DNA of 64,000 nt from an uncultured Treponema sp. (GCA_964606655.1 CAZSHF010000005.1:4888-68887), one strand, 5' to 3'; shown: positions 18,411-29,221, numbered from the stretch's first letter. Made by a program: numbers and translations. The notes: generated by a model from the sequence alone, not told the origin.

Positions 18411-19466
18411 TCATCTCGCGCTTTTCTGCGTCAGAATCAGATAAAGAAAATATATTCCGCCGGCTACAGAAATAAACACGCTGATCGGAATCTCGTACAC
18501 AAAAATCCGCTCGACAATCAGCTGTCCCGCGACAAGAACAATAATCCCGAAAAGGCTTGAGCCTGCAATCAGAACCGAATGTCTGTAAGTCTTGAAAAGC
18601 TGCCTCGAAAGGTTCGCCACGATAAGCCCCATAAAACTCAAAGGACCGACCAAAGCCGTCGCGACCGCAATGCAAAGCGTTACGCCAAGAAGTAGGCGGC
18701 GGATTGTCCTGTCGTAATCGACTCCAAGATTTATCGCCTGATTTTTTCCGAGAGTTATCACATCAAGAAGAGAAATGTCTTTCCTGAGCAAAAAAATTAT
18801 CAGAAAAAGAAGAACCAGACTCGCCGCGATTATTTCAGAGTTCACGTGGCTGAAAGACGCGACCAAAGTCGCAAGAAGATTCTGGTAATTGTTCGGGTCC
18901 ATGACGCGTGTCATCGTGTTCTGGATCGAGCCGAAAAACGAAGTCAGAACTGTTCCGATTAAAAGCACGTAAAGGACATTGCTGTTCGTCTTTTTGAAAA
19001 GATAACTGTAAAGAAAAGTCGCCGTGATTCCCATAAGAAGCGCGTCCAGGACAAATGCAAGATTCGCGTTTGTAACAAAAACGCTTCCCATTCCGAACAC
19101 AAAAACAACAAAAGTATGAATCAGCGTGTAAAGCGCGTTCATTCCCAGAAGGCACGGAGTTACAATCGTGTTGTTTATAATCGACTGGAAAACAATCGAA
19201 GCCGAACTGATTGCAAACGCGACTATTATCATCGCGGCAAGTTTAGGAAGGCGGATTTTCATCGCGTAAGCAAAAAGTCGCCCGTTCTGAAAATCAACGC
19301 CGACTGTAATATAAAGTATAATAGAAAGAAACGCTAAAAACGAAAGCAGAATGATTTTCGCGGCGTTTGAACTAAGCCCTAAGCGAAGTTTCGCAAAATC
19401 GAAGTGCAGGATTCCGGACTTAATATTTTTCCGCCGCAAAAAATCAGTATTCATTCCATCTTTCAT
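18411..19466 (-). CDS. Iron-chelate ABC transporter permease (FecCD family)
   Basis: FQSIINN.IVTPCLLG, LG...AINLGVDY, VGPLSFMGL. Confidence 0.93.
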   Translation of the reverse strand: MKDGMNTDFLRRKNIKSGILHFDFAKLRLGLSSNAAKIILLSFLAFLSIILYITVGVDFQNGRLFAYAMKIRLPKLAAMIIVAFAISSASIVFQSIINNTIVTPCLLGMNALYTLIHTFVVFVFGMGSVFVTNANLAFVLDALLMGITATFLYSYLFKKTNSNVLYVLLIGTVLTSFFGSIQNTMTRVMDPNNYQNLLATLVASFSHVNSEIIAASLVLLFLIIFLLRKDISLLDVITLGKNQAINLGVDYDRTIRRLLLGVTLCIAVATALVGPLSFMGLIVANLSRQLFKTYRHSVLIAGSSLFGIIVLVAGQLIVERIFVYEIPISVFISVAGGIYFLYLILTQKSAR

Positions 19467-20521
19467 CTTCTTCCTCCCCTTTTCAGCCTGACAAAAAGAA
19501 GCGCGATAAAAACCAGGCTTCCGATAATTCCGATTAAAAGCTCAATCGGAAGCTCGTAAGGCCAGATTATGATTCTGCTGAGCATATCGCACAGAATCAC
19601 AAATATTGAGCCGAAAAGCGCGTTGTCAATCAGAGTTCCGCGGATTTTGTCGCCCTTGTACATCGCCACAAGATTAGGAACGATAAGCCCGATATACGAA
19701 ACCGAACCGACAACCACAACGATGCTCGCTGTAATCATCGCGGAAATCGTGAGACCTGAAAAAAGCACAAGATTGTAGTTCACGCCGAGATTCTTGGAAA
19801 AATCTTTTCCCATTCCGACGATATTGAAATGGTTTGAAAAGACAAAAGCGATCACCACAAGCGGAACGACAAGATAGACGATTTCATAACGGCCGCGGAT
19901 TACAGAAGAAAAATGTCCTGTAAGCCAGCTTGAAAGGCTTTGCGTCATCTCGAATTTGTACGCGACAAACTGAGTGATTCCGCTCACGATATTTCCGAAC
20001 ATAATTCCCACAAGCGGAACCATAACAGGGTCTTTGAATTTTATGCGCATTATGAACCAGACAAAAATCCAGGTTCCTAAAATCGCGAACGAAAACGAGA
20101 AAATCGCCCTGCTCCACAAAGTCGAGGAAGGAATAAACACAAGAGCAAGCAGTATTCCGAACTGGGCGGAACTGATTGTCGCTCCCGTTGTCGGCGAGAC
20201 AAATTTGTTCGAGCAAAGCTGCTGCATTATAAGTCCAGCGACGCTCATTCCTGTTCCTGTGCAAATCAAGGCAAGAAGACGCGGAATTCTGCTCGCGAAA
20301 AAAACTGTCCAGAGGGAAACAGAATTTCCGTCGCTAGGAATTCCTTCAGAAAGCGCTTCTCCGATTTTGTTTCCGCCTGAAAAAAGCGATTTTATCGAAA
20401 TGTCAATCACGCCGACAAAAAGCGATGAAAACGAAAGAATCAGAAACGCCGCAAAAAGAACCAGAGTTATTAAGCCGCTTCTTGAATCTTTTGAAGAATT
20501 GTTCGTGGTTTCGGTTTTCAT
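19463..20521 (-). CDS. Iron-chelate ABC transporter permease (FecCD family)
   Basis: SRIPRLLA, MQQL..NKFVSPTTGAT, GLIVPNLV. Confidence 0.93.
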   Translation of the reverse strand: MKTETTNNSSKDSRSGLITLVLFAAFLILSFSSLFVGVIDISIKSLFSGGNKIGEALSEGIPSDGNSVSLWTVFFASRIPRLLALICTGTGMSVAGLIMQQLCSNKFVSPTTGATISSAQFGILLALVFIPSSTLWSRAIFSFSFAILGTWIFVWFIMRIKFKDPVMVPLVGIMFGNIVSGITQFVAYKFEMTQSLSSWLTGHFSSVIRGRYEIVYLVVPLVVIAFVFSNHFNIVGMGKDFSKNLGVNYNLVLFSGLTISAMITASIVVVVGSVSYIGLIVPNLVAMYKGDKIRGTLIDNALFGSIFVILCDMLSRIIIWPYELPIELLIGIIGSLVFIALLFVRLKRGGRR

Positions 20522-20525
20522 TTAA

Positions 20526-20545
20526 GAGTTAGCATACAGCAACTC
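20526..20545. promoter_or_regulatory. Putative iron-responsive operator
   Basis: GAGTTAGCATACAGCAACTC imperfect palindrome directly upstream of the first permease. Confidence 0.55.
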
Positions 20546-20571
20546 AAGAAAAGAATAAAGTGAGATTGTTC

Positions 20572-20872
20572 AATAGCCTGAATGCCGAGTTTTATGAAAA
20601 TATAAAACCCCAAATGTCGACTTTTATAAATCATGCAAGAATGCACTCTCGGCAAGAACCCTGTTTGAAAAACGGCTTCCGCGTTCGTCAAAAAATTACG
20701 GTGGTTGAGTTTATCTAAACCACCAGACAAGTATTTTCTGCATTTTTTAAGTTTTATTACTCACTTGTGCAGATTGTTTTTCAAACCGGAACCTTGCCTG
20801 CGTGCATTTTTTTATTGTTTGCAAAGAAAATCGTCATTTGGGCTATTTATTCATAAAAGTCGACATTTGGGG
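20572..20872 (+). mobile_element. Rod-hairpin repeat, copy 2 (doubled ends)
   Basis: CCCCAAATGTCGACTTTTAT...ATAAAAGTCGACATTTGGGG plus degenerate extra ends; core shared with the other copies. Confidence 0.85.
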
Positions 20873-20911
20873 TAAAAAAATGCACCCTCGAATGATTTAG
20901 GAAACATTCCG

Positions 20912-22219
20912 TCATTTCATGAAATATTCTGCAACCGCCTCGTACGCTGGAAGAGAAAGCGGATCGATGTATTTGTTTGACGCGTAATGTGTAGAAGCGA
21001 ACCGCGCGATTACCATTTCCGCGGCAGGATCGATGTAAATCGCCTGGCCGTGGACTCCGCGCGCCATATACGCTCCGTGCGGATTGTTTGTAATCCACCA
21101 CATATTTCTGTAGCTCCAGCCTTTAAGACGCGGATAATCGCTTTTTGAAAACGCTTCCTTGCTTTCAGGATTGCTTCCGCCCTTTTCAATGTCTTCAACA
21201 GCAGCGGCAGGAATAATCTGTTTTCCGTTCAGTTTTCCCTTGTTCCTCATCATTTCGCCGAACATCGCCATATCGCGGAGATTCAGATTGAATCCTCCGC
21301 CTGCAAACGCGATTCCTGAAGGGTCAATCTGATAATATGCGTCGTGATGCGCTCCAAGCGGCTGCCAGATTTTCTCGGAGACAAGCTGGGCAAGTCCTTT
21401 TCCTTCGACACGCGAACAAATCCAGCCGAGAAGCTCCGTGTTTATCGTCCTGTAGCCGAACGCTTCTCCGTGTTCCTGCCCCTGAATCTTTTTTACAGTC
21501 GCAAGATATTCGTAATAGTTTTCAGGGCCTTTGTAATCCGCCGGCCTGAACACATTTCCTGCCGCAGAATAAGCCCAGATTTCCGCGTTTGGATTGTTGT
21601 AGTCTTCGCTGTACTGAATCGCAGTCGTCATATCCATAACCTGACGGACAGTCGCGTCCTTGTATCCTGAATCCTTGAGCTCCGGAATATATTCAGTCAC
21701 AAGTTTTTCAGGCTCAAGTTTTCCTTCCGCGACAAGAATAGAAGCGACTGTTCCTGCAAATGATTTGCTTACCGACATCGCGGCGTGTTTTCCTTCAGAA
21801 TCAAGACCTGCGAAATATTTTTCATACACAATTTTTCCTTTGCGCATGATTATGATTCCGTCCGTGTAGTTCGCGGCAAGAGAATCTTCAAAAGTCATAG
21901 GATTTTCTGAATCCCACGGAACAAATTCGATTGCGCCGATGTTCTTGTCGATTTTTGTTTTTACGGAATACTTGTTTTTCTGGGAAGCACGGACTGTTCT
22001 GGTCGGCGAAAATTCCTGCATATGGTTCACGCTGTAACGGATTTTCGGAAAATCAAAAAACGAGCCGTCCGAAGCATGAAGCGTTTTTTCTTTGCTCGGC
22101 GGAAATCCCTGCATCCAGCCCATCGCGTTCGGGTCAGTCTGAAAAGCGTCGGGATAATTCTGCGCTCCGACAAACGCAGCTCCAGCAAGCAGAAAACCAG
22201 AAAAAATCGATTTTTTCAT
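20912..22219 (-). CDS. Exported serine hydrolase (beta-lactamase fold, 6-aminohexanoate-dimer hydrolase-like)
   Basis: Signal peptide; SVSK (SxxK), FGYRTINT, ARGVHGQAIYIDP. Confidence 0.88.
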   Translation of the reverse strand: MKKSIFSGFLLAGAAFVGAQNYPDAFQTDPNAMGWMQGFPPSKEKTLHASDGSFFDFPKIRYSVNHMQEFSPTRTVRASQKNKYSVKTKIDKNIGAIEFVPWDSENPMTFEDSLAANYTDGIIIMRKGKIVYEKYFAGLDSEGKHAAMSVSKSFAGTVASILVAEGKLEPEKLVTEYIPELKDSGYKDATVRQVMDMTTAIQYSEDYNNPNAEIWAYSAAGNVFRPADYKGPENYYEYLATVKKIQGQEHGEAFGYRTINTELLGWICSRVEGKGLAQLVSEKIWQPLGAHHDAYYQIDPSGIAFAGGGFNLNLRDMAMFGEMMRNKGKLNGKQIIPAAAVEDIEKGGSNPESKEAFSKSDYPRLKGWSYRNMWWITNNPHGAYMARGVHGQAIYIDPAAEMVIARFASTHYASNKYIDPLSLPAYEAVAEYFMK

Positions 22220-22601
22220 AAAAACCTCTCATAAAATCAGGAAGAAGACTTCAGATTCCGAATGAATTTTTAAGAGTTCCTTCACGCAGAGAAGAAACCT
22301 TTCCTGCAAAAATCTTTCTGCCGACAGACAGGAAGCGAAGGAACGCAACTGATATGCAAGCCTGCAACGCAAACTTGTCAAGATAAAAACTGACGCTATT
22401 TCATGCAGTTTTCATCTTGAACTCCTGAACCAAAAATAACTGAATTTTTAATAGGTTTTCAAGAGTTTTTTTATGGTTTTTATATTTAATTTCTGTGCGA
22501 TTTGAACTGTTCATATCTGCATAAAAAATATTTCTTTCTTGTGCAGATAATTGAGAAAATATGCATATTCTGATATAAAAAATATGCAGGGAATGAAAAC
22601 A

Positions 22602-23648
22602 ATGCATAAATTCGATTATTCTTTTCTAGACAACGGATTGCTGCCGTCTAATCTTGTAAACATCACATCATCTATCGCTTCTTTAAAAACGGCGGCGGAA
22701 TTTCGTAAAAATAAGTATCAGAAAATTTTTACAGAACTGGAATCTGTGGCAAAAATTCAGTCTGTAAAAAATTCGAACGAAATTGAGGGAATTATAACAA
22801 GCGATGAAAGAATTGCGCAGATTGTAAATGAAAACAGCGCGCCTATCAATCATAATGAAGCAGAAATCGCAGGTTACAGAGACGCATTGAATCTGATTCA
22901 TTCAAATTTTCAAAATATGCAGTTCAATGAAAACAATGTTTTATCGCTTCATAAAATTCTTCTTTCAGCGACAAGTTATGAATATGGCGGAAAATATAAA
23001 ACTGATGACAATGTGATTCTTGAAATCGACAAGGAAGGAAATCGACGTGTGCGTTTTTCCCCAGTTCCAGCAAATGAAACAGAAAAAGCGATGGAGCAGT
23101 TTTTCTTGGCTTATTCAGATGCCGCGTCAGACGCAAATATCAATAAACTTCTTTTGATTCCGTGTGTTGTGCTTGATTTCTTATGTGTGCATCCTTTTCG
23201 GGATGGAAATGGAAGAATGTCGCGGCTTATCTCATTGCTGCTTTTATACAGAAACGGTTTTGATGTGGGAAAATACATTTCATTTGAAGAGCAGATAAAT
23301 AAAAACAAAGCATGGTATTATGAATCCTTAAAAGAATCTTCGGAAAAATGGCATGAAAGCCAGAACAATTATTTTCCGTTTATGCAGAATTTTCTTTCTG
23401 TGCTGTATTTTTGTTATCAGGAACTGGACAACCGTTTTGCAGTTGTAAATTCAAATAAAATTTCCAAATCTTCAAGAATAGAAGCTACAGTTCTGAACTC
23501 GATTCTTCCAATCTCAAAGGCGGAAATTTGCAGAATTCTTCCAGACATAAGTCCGACAACAGTCGAAGCAGTCCTTGGAAAAATGATGAAAAGCGGAGCG
23601 ATAACAAGCATTGGCGCTGGACGCGGAACGAAATACATCAGGAGATAA
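22602..23648 (+). CDS. Fic family protein
   Basis: HPFRDGNGRMSR Fic motif; C-terminal HTH. Confidence 0.93.
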   Translation: MHKFDYSFLDNGLLPSNLVNITSSIASLKTAAEFRKNKYQKIFTELESVAKIQSVKNSNEIEGIITSDERIAQIVNENSAPINHNEAEIAGYRDALNLIHSNFQNMQFNENNVLSLHKILLSATSYEYGGKYKTDDNVILEIDKEGNRRVRFSPVPANETEKAMEQFFLAYSDAASDANINKLLLIPCVVLDFLCVHPFRDGNGRMSRLISLLLLYRNGFDVGKYISFEEQINKNKAWYYESLKESSEKWHESQNNYFPFMQNFLSVLYFCYQELDNRFAVVNSNKISKSSRIEATVLNSILPISKAEICRILPDISPTTVEAVLGKMMKSGAITSIGAGRGTKYIRR

Positions 23649-23735
23649 GCGAAAAAATAATCACAAGAATCAAAGCGAACTTTTCAACAAGACAACAAAA
23701 CAATATAGAACAAAATTTGACTGAACAATCATCGC

Positions 23736-24161
23736 TCAAATGCAGTAATCAAAGCCGTTGAAATCCCGGTTTTTCTGAGCCACTTCCTCAAGCGTCACTG
23801 AATCGACAAACGAATTTATCGCGTCTTCAAAGTCTTTCCAGAACGAATCGTTTCCTACATTGCTGACGGTGTTTCCATCGTTGATTCCGCGCGGAGACAA
23901 ATCGCCTTCAAGAGCACGCAGAATCTCGCCGACTGTGTATTCCGACGCGTTTTTCACAAGCCTGTAGCCGCCGTTGTTTCCGCGGAGACCTGTTACAAGA
24001 CCAGACTTGCTAAGATGAGCCAAAATCTGTTCTAGATATTTTACAGAAAGGTTGTGTCTGTGGGAAAGAAGTTTAAGCGGAACATAATTTTCGGGATTCT
24101 GCTCCGCTAAATCTGTCATAATCAGAAGCGCGTATTGTCCGCGCGTTGAAATTTTAAGCAT
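23736..24161 (-). CDS. Rrf2 family transcriptional regulator
   Basis: ISTRGQYAL, SVKYLEQI, RGNNGGYRL; no Fe-S cysteine triad. Confidence 0.92.
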   Translation of the reverse strand: MLKISTRGQYALLIMTDLAEQNPENYVPLKLLSHRHNLSVKYLEQILAHLSKSGLVTGLRGNNGGYRLVKNASEYTVGEILRALEGDLSPRGINDGNTVSNVGNDSFWKDFEDAINSFVDSVTLEEVAQKNRDFNGFDYCI

Positions 24162-24213
24162 TTTGTCTCCAGCAAGTGACGGGTTCTTGCTATAATACCA
24201 CCTAAAAAAGTAT

Positions 24214-24471
24214 TAGGTCAAATGTCGACTTTTATGAAACTATGCAAGAATGCACTCTCGGCAAGAACCCGATTATGAAAAACGGCTTCCGCGTTCGTTA
24301 AAAAATTATGGTGGTTGAGCAAGTCGTCCCGCAGGGCGCGCAAGCAACCACTAGACAAGCATTATCTACAATTTTTAAGTTTTTCTTACTCACTTGTGCA
24401 GATTGTTTTTCAAATCGGAACCTTGCCTGCGTGCATTTTTTATTGTTTGTAAAGAAAGTCGACATCTGGGG
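24214..24471 (+). mobile_element. Rod-hairpin repeat, copy 3
   Basis: TAGGTCAAATGTCGACTTTT...AAAGTCGACATCTGGGG; central REP expanded (GTCCCGCAGGGCGCGCAAGC). Confidence 0.85.
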
Positions 24472-24636
24472 AAATAAAATGGTTTTTGGTCGCGTAGCGA
24501 GTGGTCAAAACCGCACAATATTGTGCTACATTCCAATGCACTGATTACCGTCTTTTGCCGCTGGAAACATAAGCCAGCCTGTCTCAAAAGCTAAAAAAAG
24601 TTTGTCACGTCTTGAAACAGGCTTTTTACGATTTTT

Positions 24637-25002
24637 CTATCTAAGCCATTTGTTCAGAAGAAGCTTGAGCCTTTTTTCGTCAAGCTCCTCGCCTGCTCCG
24701 TCGATTTTGTACAGAATCGGAACATTGTATTTTTTGGCGATATTGTCCGCCGCAAAGCAGAATGTGTCCGCATGAAAAGCAAGGTTTCCAAGTCCGACGA
24801 CCGCCTTGATTTTTGCCGCGTTGGCTTTCACAAACGAATCGACTGTCGGCGGAGTTTCGCCCTGCCCTGTCGTGTATGTAAAAAGAATGAAATTGTCGTC
24901 GATTTTCTCATCGCCTTTTACAATTTTAAGCGGCTCTTTTACCGCAAGTCTGTTAAGCAAGGCTTCTGTTTTGCCTTGGCTTGTAGCATAAACTACTTTC
25001 AT
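24637..25002 (-). CDS. nrdI: NrdI flavodoxin-like protein
   Basis: VVYATSQGKT, LFTYTTGQGETP, VVGLGN..F..TFCFAADNIAKKYNVP; RBS GGAGG. Confidence 0.8.
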   Translation of the reverse strand: MKVVYATSQGKTEALLNRLAVKEPLKIVKGDEKIDDNFILFTYTTGQGETPPTVDSFVKANAAKIKAVVGLGNLAFHADTFCFAADNIAKKYNVPILYKIDGAGEELDEKRLKLLLNKWLR

Positions 25003-25284
25003 AAGTTTGCCTCCGTTAAACTGAACCGAAATCTGATTCAAGATTTAATTAAAAATAATATGCCTGTTCGACAGCTTTGTTATCGCCCAAGCCGTCGGGT
25101 TTAAAATATACATTTTCGCTTTCAGATTTACAAGAAATTCTTTTTCCAGCCCGCGTGTTTTTTCGGTCTTTGAACCGATTTTACGCCTAGTTGAGAAATA
25201 TTCTTTTGCACTCCGCGGCAGTTTTTCTAGAACTTGCAGGAATTTATGTTGACATCAGGATTCTCTTAATCTAATTTTTATCCT

Positions 25285-26598
25285 ATGAATGTTACTGATT
25301 TTTCAGATTTAAGTTTTTTGACTTTGCTTACAGCGTTTTTCCAGGGAATTTTAAGCTTCGCTTCTCCGTGCGTTCTTCCGCTTCTTCCTGTTTATTTCGG
25401 CTATCTTTCAGGCGGAAGCGAAACTGACGAGAACGGCAAAATCCGCTACAGCAGAAAAAAGGCAATCGTGAACTCGCTTTTCTTTGCCGTGGGAATCGGA
25501 GCCGCGTTTTTTATCCTTGGACTTGGCGCGTCCGCTTTAGGAAAATTTCTTGTAAGAAACAGGAACGCTTTTTCAATCGCAGGCGGAATTCTGATAATAC
25601 TTTTCGGCTTACTGCAGCTTGGATTTTTCGGCTCAAACTCGTTTCTTCAGAAAGAAAAAAGAATTCCAGTCAACTTCGCAAAGCTGAAGCTTTCTCCGCT
25701 GACCGCAATTCTGTTCGGATTTGTGTTCAGTTTTTCCTGGACACCTTGCGTAGGACCTGCGCTCGCCTCGATTCTTGTCATGACAACAGACGCGGCTTCA
25801 AAATCAGACGGAATGATTTATATTTTTCTTTACACGCTGGGATTTTCGGTTCCGTTCATAATCACAGGAATCTTCGTCTCGTCGCTGCTTGATTTTTTCA
25901 GGAAACACAGAAATATCGTGAAATGGACAACAAGAATCGGCGGAATCATTTTAATCTGCGTCGGAATCTTTATGACAGCGAACGGAATCATGATGCAGAC
26001 AAAAAGAAACGATTCTTCTTCCCTGAAAAGCGTGAATGAAAACACAAATGAAACTTCAAGCGGACAAATGAATTCTTCGGATTCAGAAAAGAACAGAATC
26101 TCTTCCCCGGAAAAAACAAAAACGCCTGAAAAACAAGAAAACCATACGCCGGACAAAAACAGGCCTTCCGCGCCGGAATTTTCGCTTACAGACCAGTACG
26201 GAAGCCAATGGACTCTTTCCGAACTGAAAGGAAAAACTGTGATTCTGAATTTCTGGGCAACCTGGTGTCCGCCTTGCCGGATGGAAATGCCTGATTTCCA
26301 GAAAGTCTATGACGAGCTTATCGACGAAGGAAACGAAGATGTTTTCATTCTTGGAATCGCCGCGCCTAATTATTTCCGCGAGAAAGACTTGCCGGAAATC
26401 GTGAAGTTTCTGGACACGAACGGATATTCTTATCCTTGCCTGATGGACTTTGACGGAATCATAACTGAAAAATATTACATCTCCGCGTTCCCGACAACAT
26501 TTCTCATAGACAAAAACGGAAAAGTCCAGAACGGAGCGGTCGGCGCGATTTCAGAAACCAGACTGAGAAATTTTATAAACGAAGGACTGGCGGATTGA
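25285..26598 (+). CDS. CcdA/DsbD-TM fused to a redoxin (TlpA-like)
   Basis: SPCVLPLLPVY, WTPCVGP, NFWATWCPPCRMEMP. Confidence 0.92.
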   Translation: MNVTDFSDLSFLTLLTAFFQGILSFASPCVLPLLPVYFGYLSGGSETDENGKIRYSRKKAIVNSLFFAVGIGAAFFILGLGASALGKFLVRNRNAFSIAGGILIILFGLLQLGFFGSNSFLQKEKRIPVNFAKLKLSPLTAILFGFVFSFSWTPCVGPALASILVMTTDAASKSDGMIYIFLYTLGFSVPFIITGIFVSSLLDFFRKHRNIVKWTTRIGGIILICVGIFMTANGIMMQTKRNDSSSLKSVNENTNETSSGQMNSSDSEKNRISSPEKTKTPEKQENHTPDKNRPSAPEFSLTDQYGSQWTLSELKGKTVILNFWATWCPPCRMEMPDFQKVYDELIDEGNEDVFILGIAAPNYFREKDLPEIVKFLDTNGYSYPCLMDFDGIITEKYYISAFPTTFLIDKNGKVQNGAVGAISETRLRNFINEGLAD

Positions 26599-26631
26599 TT
26601 GATAAATCAAAAGAAGGGTTAAAAAAAAGAC

Positions 26632-26704
26632 TGGAGATAATCGGACTTGAACCGACGACCCTCTGATTGCGAACCAGATGCTCTACCAACTGAGCTATAT
26701 CCCC
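26632..26704 (-). tRNA. tRNA-Ala(CGC)
   Basis: GGGGATATAGCTCAGTTGGTAGAGC..TCTGG TTCGCAA TCAGA..GGTTCAAGTCC..TATCTCCA; G3:U70 Ala determinant. Confidence 0.96.
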
Positions 26705-26820
26705 AAGTGATGTTGAGAGTATAGCATTTTTTGCGCGACTTGTGCAATTTACTTTTTGAAAAAAAATCACCAAAATGAAAGAAAATATATACACAATCGA
26801 CAACGGGAGAAATAAAAAAC

Positions 26821-27420
26821 ATGACAGAAAAAGAGAAAATGCTCAGAGGCGAAATATACGATTCAGAAGATGCTGAGCTTGCAAATCTAAGAGACGAAGC
26901 GGACAGGCTTACTTTTGAATACAACCAGACGCTTGAATCCGAGGCGGAAAAACGCGAGGAGATACTGAAAAAACTTGTCCCGAACCACGGAAAAAAACTT
27001 GTTCTACGCGGTCCGATTCATTTTGACTACGGAAAGTTCACTACATTCGGAGACAACTGTTACGCGAACTTCAATCTTGTGATTCTTGATGTCTGCCCTG
27101 TGACAATCGGAAACAATGTGTTTTTCGGCCCGAACTGTTCAATCGTAACCGCGCTTCATCCGATTGCAAGCGAGGAACGGAATTCAAAACAGGAAGATGA
27201 CGGCTCGTTCCGCACGATAGAATACGGAAAACCTGTGACAATAAAAGACGGAGTCTGGTGCGGCTCAAATGTCACTGTCTGCGCAGGAGCAACAATCGGC
27301 GAAAACTGCGTAATCGGAGCCGGAAGCGTTGTGACCCGCGACATTCCGCCGAACAGCGTAGCCGTCGGAGTTCCATGCAAAGTGATACGGAAAATCACAG
27401 ACAAAGACAAGATGATGTAG
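26821..27420 (+). CDS. Sugar (maltose/galactoside) O-acetyltransferase
   Basis: MTEKEKML.GE.Y, DYGK, hexapeptide repeats, GAGSVVTRDIP..VAVGVPC. Confidence 0.92.
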   Translation: MTEKEKMLRGEIYDSEDAELANLRDEADRLTFEYNQTLESEAEKREEILKKLVPNHGKKLVLRGPIHFDYGKFTTFGDNCYANFNLVILDVCPVTIGNNVFFGPNCSIVTALHPIASEERNSKQEDDGSFRTIEYGKPVTIKDGVWCGSNVTVCAGATIGENCVIGAGSVVTRDIPPNSVAVGVPCKVIRKITDKDKMM

Positions 27421-27526
27421 GTTTTTAGACATCTTGGTAAAGAAACAGAAAAAACGGCAGAAAACAGAAAACGATGTCTTTATAGATTTCATTTTTATTT
27501 TCTGCCGAAAATACCAAAGGTCGCTT

Positions 27527-27934
27527 TTATTCTTCTATTTTCTGTAAGTACATATCTTCCGTGTAAGTCTTTCCCCAGTCCCAGTTTTTCCATTTATATG
27601 TACACTTGACTTCCCCGCTCTCATTTTCTGAAAAGATGATTGAATACCATCTTGAATGCTTTGGATATAAAGAAGCCTTATATTTTAAACTGTCAAAGAC
27701 AAAATTAATCTGAATCGCCTCGCCCTGAAATTCAATATCTTTTGTCAAGCTTTCATCTGCCTTAATAAAAATATTGGGACTGAATTCTGTGTATTCGGTT
27801 GCTATAATCTGAATTTCAGAATCAGTCGAATTCTCAAAAGTTATGTGATCTCCCTCTGCTGTATCTGAACCGCATGAAGCCAGCGGAGCAAAAAAACAGG
27901 CTGCAAGAAAAACAGCAAACGCTTTTATTTTCAT
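27527..27934 (-). CDS. Hypothetical lipoprotein
   Basis: Lipobox LASC; RBS GGAG. Confidence 0.7.
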   Translation of the reverse strand: MKIKAFAVFLAACFFAPLASCGSDTAEGDHITFENSTDSEIQIIATEYTEFSPNIFIKADESLTKDIEFQGEAIQINFVFDSLKYKASLYPKHSRWYSIIFSENESGEVKCTYKWKNWDWGKTYTEDMYLQKIEE

Positions 27935-28014
27935 AATCTTAAATCTCCTAAAAAAATAATGATAGCTTTGTAAAACGGCAGCGGTTATAAAAAACGCCGC
28001 CGTTTATCATTTTT

Positions 28015-29097
28015 CTAATACTGATTGTTGTCTTCCACGATGTAAATCAAGGAATCCTTGTTTGCGGAATCCAATTTGGAAAAGAAATCAGAATCTGTTT
28101 TTCCGATAAACTGAGCGTTGACTGCCTTTTCCTTTATAGCCTTGCAGGCTGATTCGTAAGATGGTTCGCTTACGCCGGATTCATATTGCCACCACAAAAA
28201 TTTCTTATAGGTTTTCGACGAATTCACATTGTAGTAATCCCGTCCCACTCTGTTGTTATGCAAATCCATATCAGAAGCAAACTGATAATAATTTACACCT
28301 TTTTCATAAGCGGTCGCAAAATCGCTTGCCCAGGAAATTTTTGAATCCTTTTTTCCCCAGCCTTCCTTGCACATAACGATATTCCATACCGCATGGCGGA
28401 AAGCATCTTTCTTATTGTCGCCTTGCTCTCCTTCTCACATATATTCTTTTGTATAACCGACAGCCAAATTCTTCTGCTTTATAATTCCCATAACGCTGAA
28501 CGGATGCTTGAGCATTGCTGAAACTATGTGCGACGTAATCTGAACGCCGTCATAGTAAAGCTTCCAGTCTTTTATGCTTATCGCCCTGATATCCGGAGAA
28601 TATTCAGATATGTCCGCGCTTCCAACAATCTGCGGCATTGCCAATGCGGAAATCTCATCCTGATATATCCTTGAAATCGTGTCCAAATTTTCAATCACTT
28701 CCTCTTCTGTCAAATCCAAGAAAGTCTCCTGAATCTTTGCGATGTCCTCTTCCGTCGGCTCGAGAAGCTCTGGAATGTCAACGCTTGAAACAGTTTCCTC
28801 AAGAATCCTTGCGACAGTTTCAATGTCCGAGACAGGTTCCGCAGGATTTACCGAACGTCCTGTTTTCCTTGAAATCTCTGAAACCAGCCGGCTTTCTCTG
28901 CTTTCATCAGATATTCCCAAATCAGAAATTTCTACACCTTGAAAGAGATTTACTCTCGTTTTTGAAAGCAAGTCCTGAACTTTCAAATCAGAAGTTTCTG
29001 AAACAGCCTCATTGCTGGTGACAATGAAAGAGTTTTTGCAGCCTGCAAATACAACAGCCGCAGCCAGCATTAAACCTAAAATTTTTTCTTTTTTCAT
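28015..29097 (-). pseudogene. Lipoprotein with DAFRH/MDLHNN C-terminal domain (DUF6973-like), broken by one in-frame TGA at 28435-28437
   Basis: ORFs 28435-29097 and 28015-28374 share a frame; reads ..KEYM*EGEQGDNKKDAFRHAVWNIVMCKEG..MDLHNNRVGR. Confidence 0.75.
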
Positions 29098-29221
29098 TTT
29101 CTTCTCCTATGAAAAAATAATATTCTCAAAAATCCGGACAGAACGTTTTCTGTCCAACTTCAGATTTTTTAACCAGACTAACAAAAAGGATTTTTTGCCT
29201 CAATATGGAATTCCCTGAAAG

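Noticed and set aside
18370-18675. N-terminal 102 aa of the 581-aa REase ORF
   Set aside because: Overlaps the permease gene in another frame; the real start is probably ATG 18369
25060-25102. Hairpin upstream of nrdI as a ZTP or other riboswitch
   Set aside because: Only partial resemblance to the ZTP 3' segment; the 5' aptamer half is absent
26632-26704. tRNA-Ala as an integration site for an island
   Set aside because: No integrase and no duplicated tRNA 3' end found in the window
28435-28437. TGA as selenocysteine or a recoded codon
   Set aside because: No SECIS-like hairpin or redox motif is evident, and other genes here use TGA as stop
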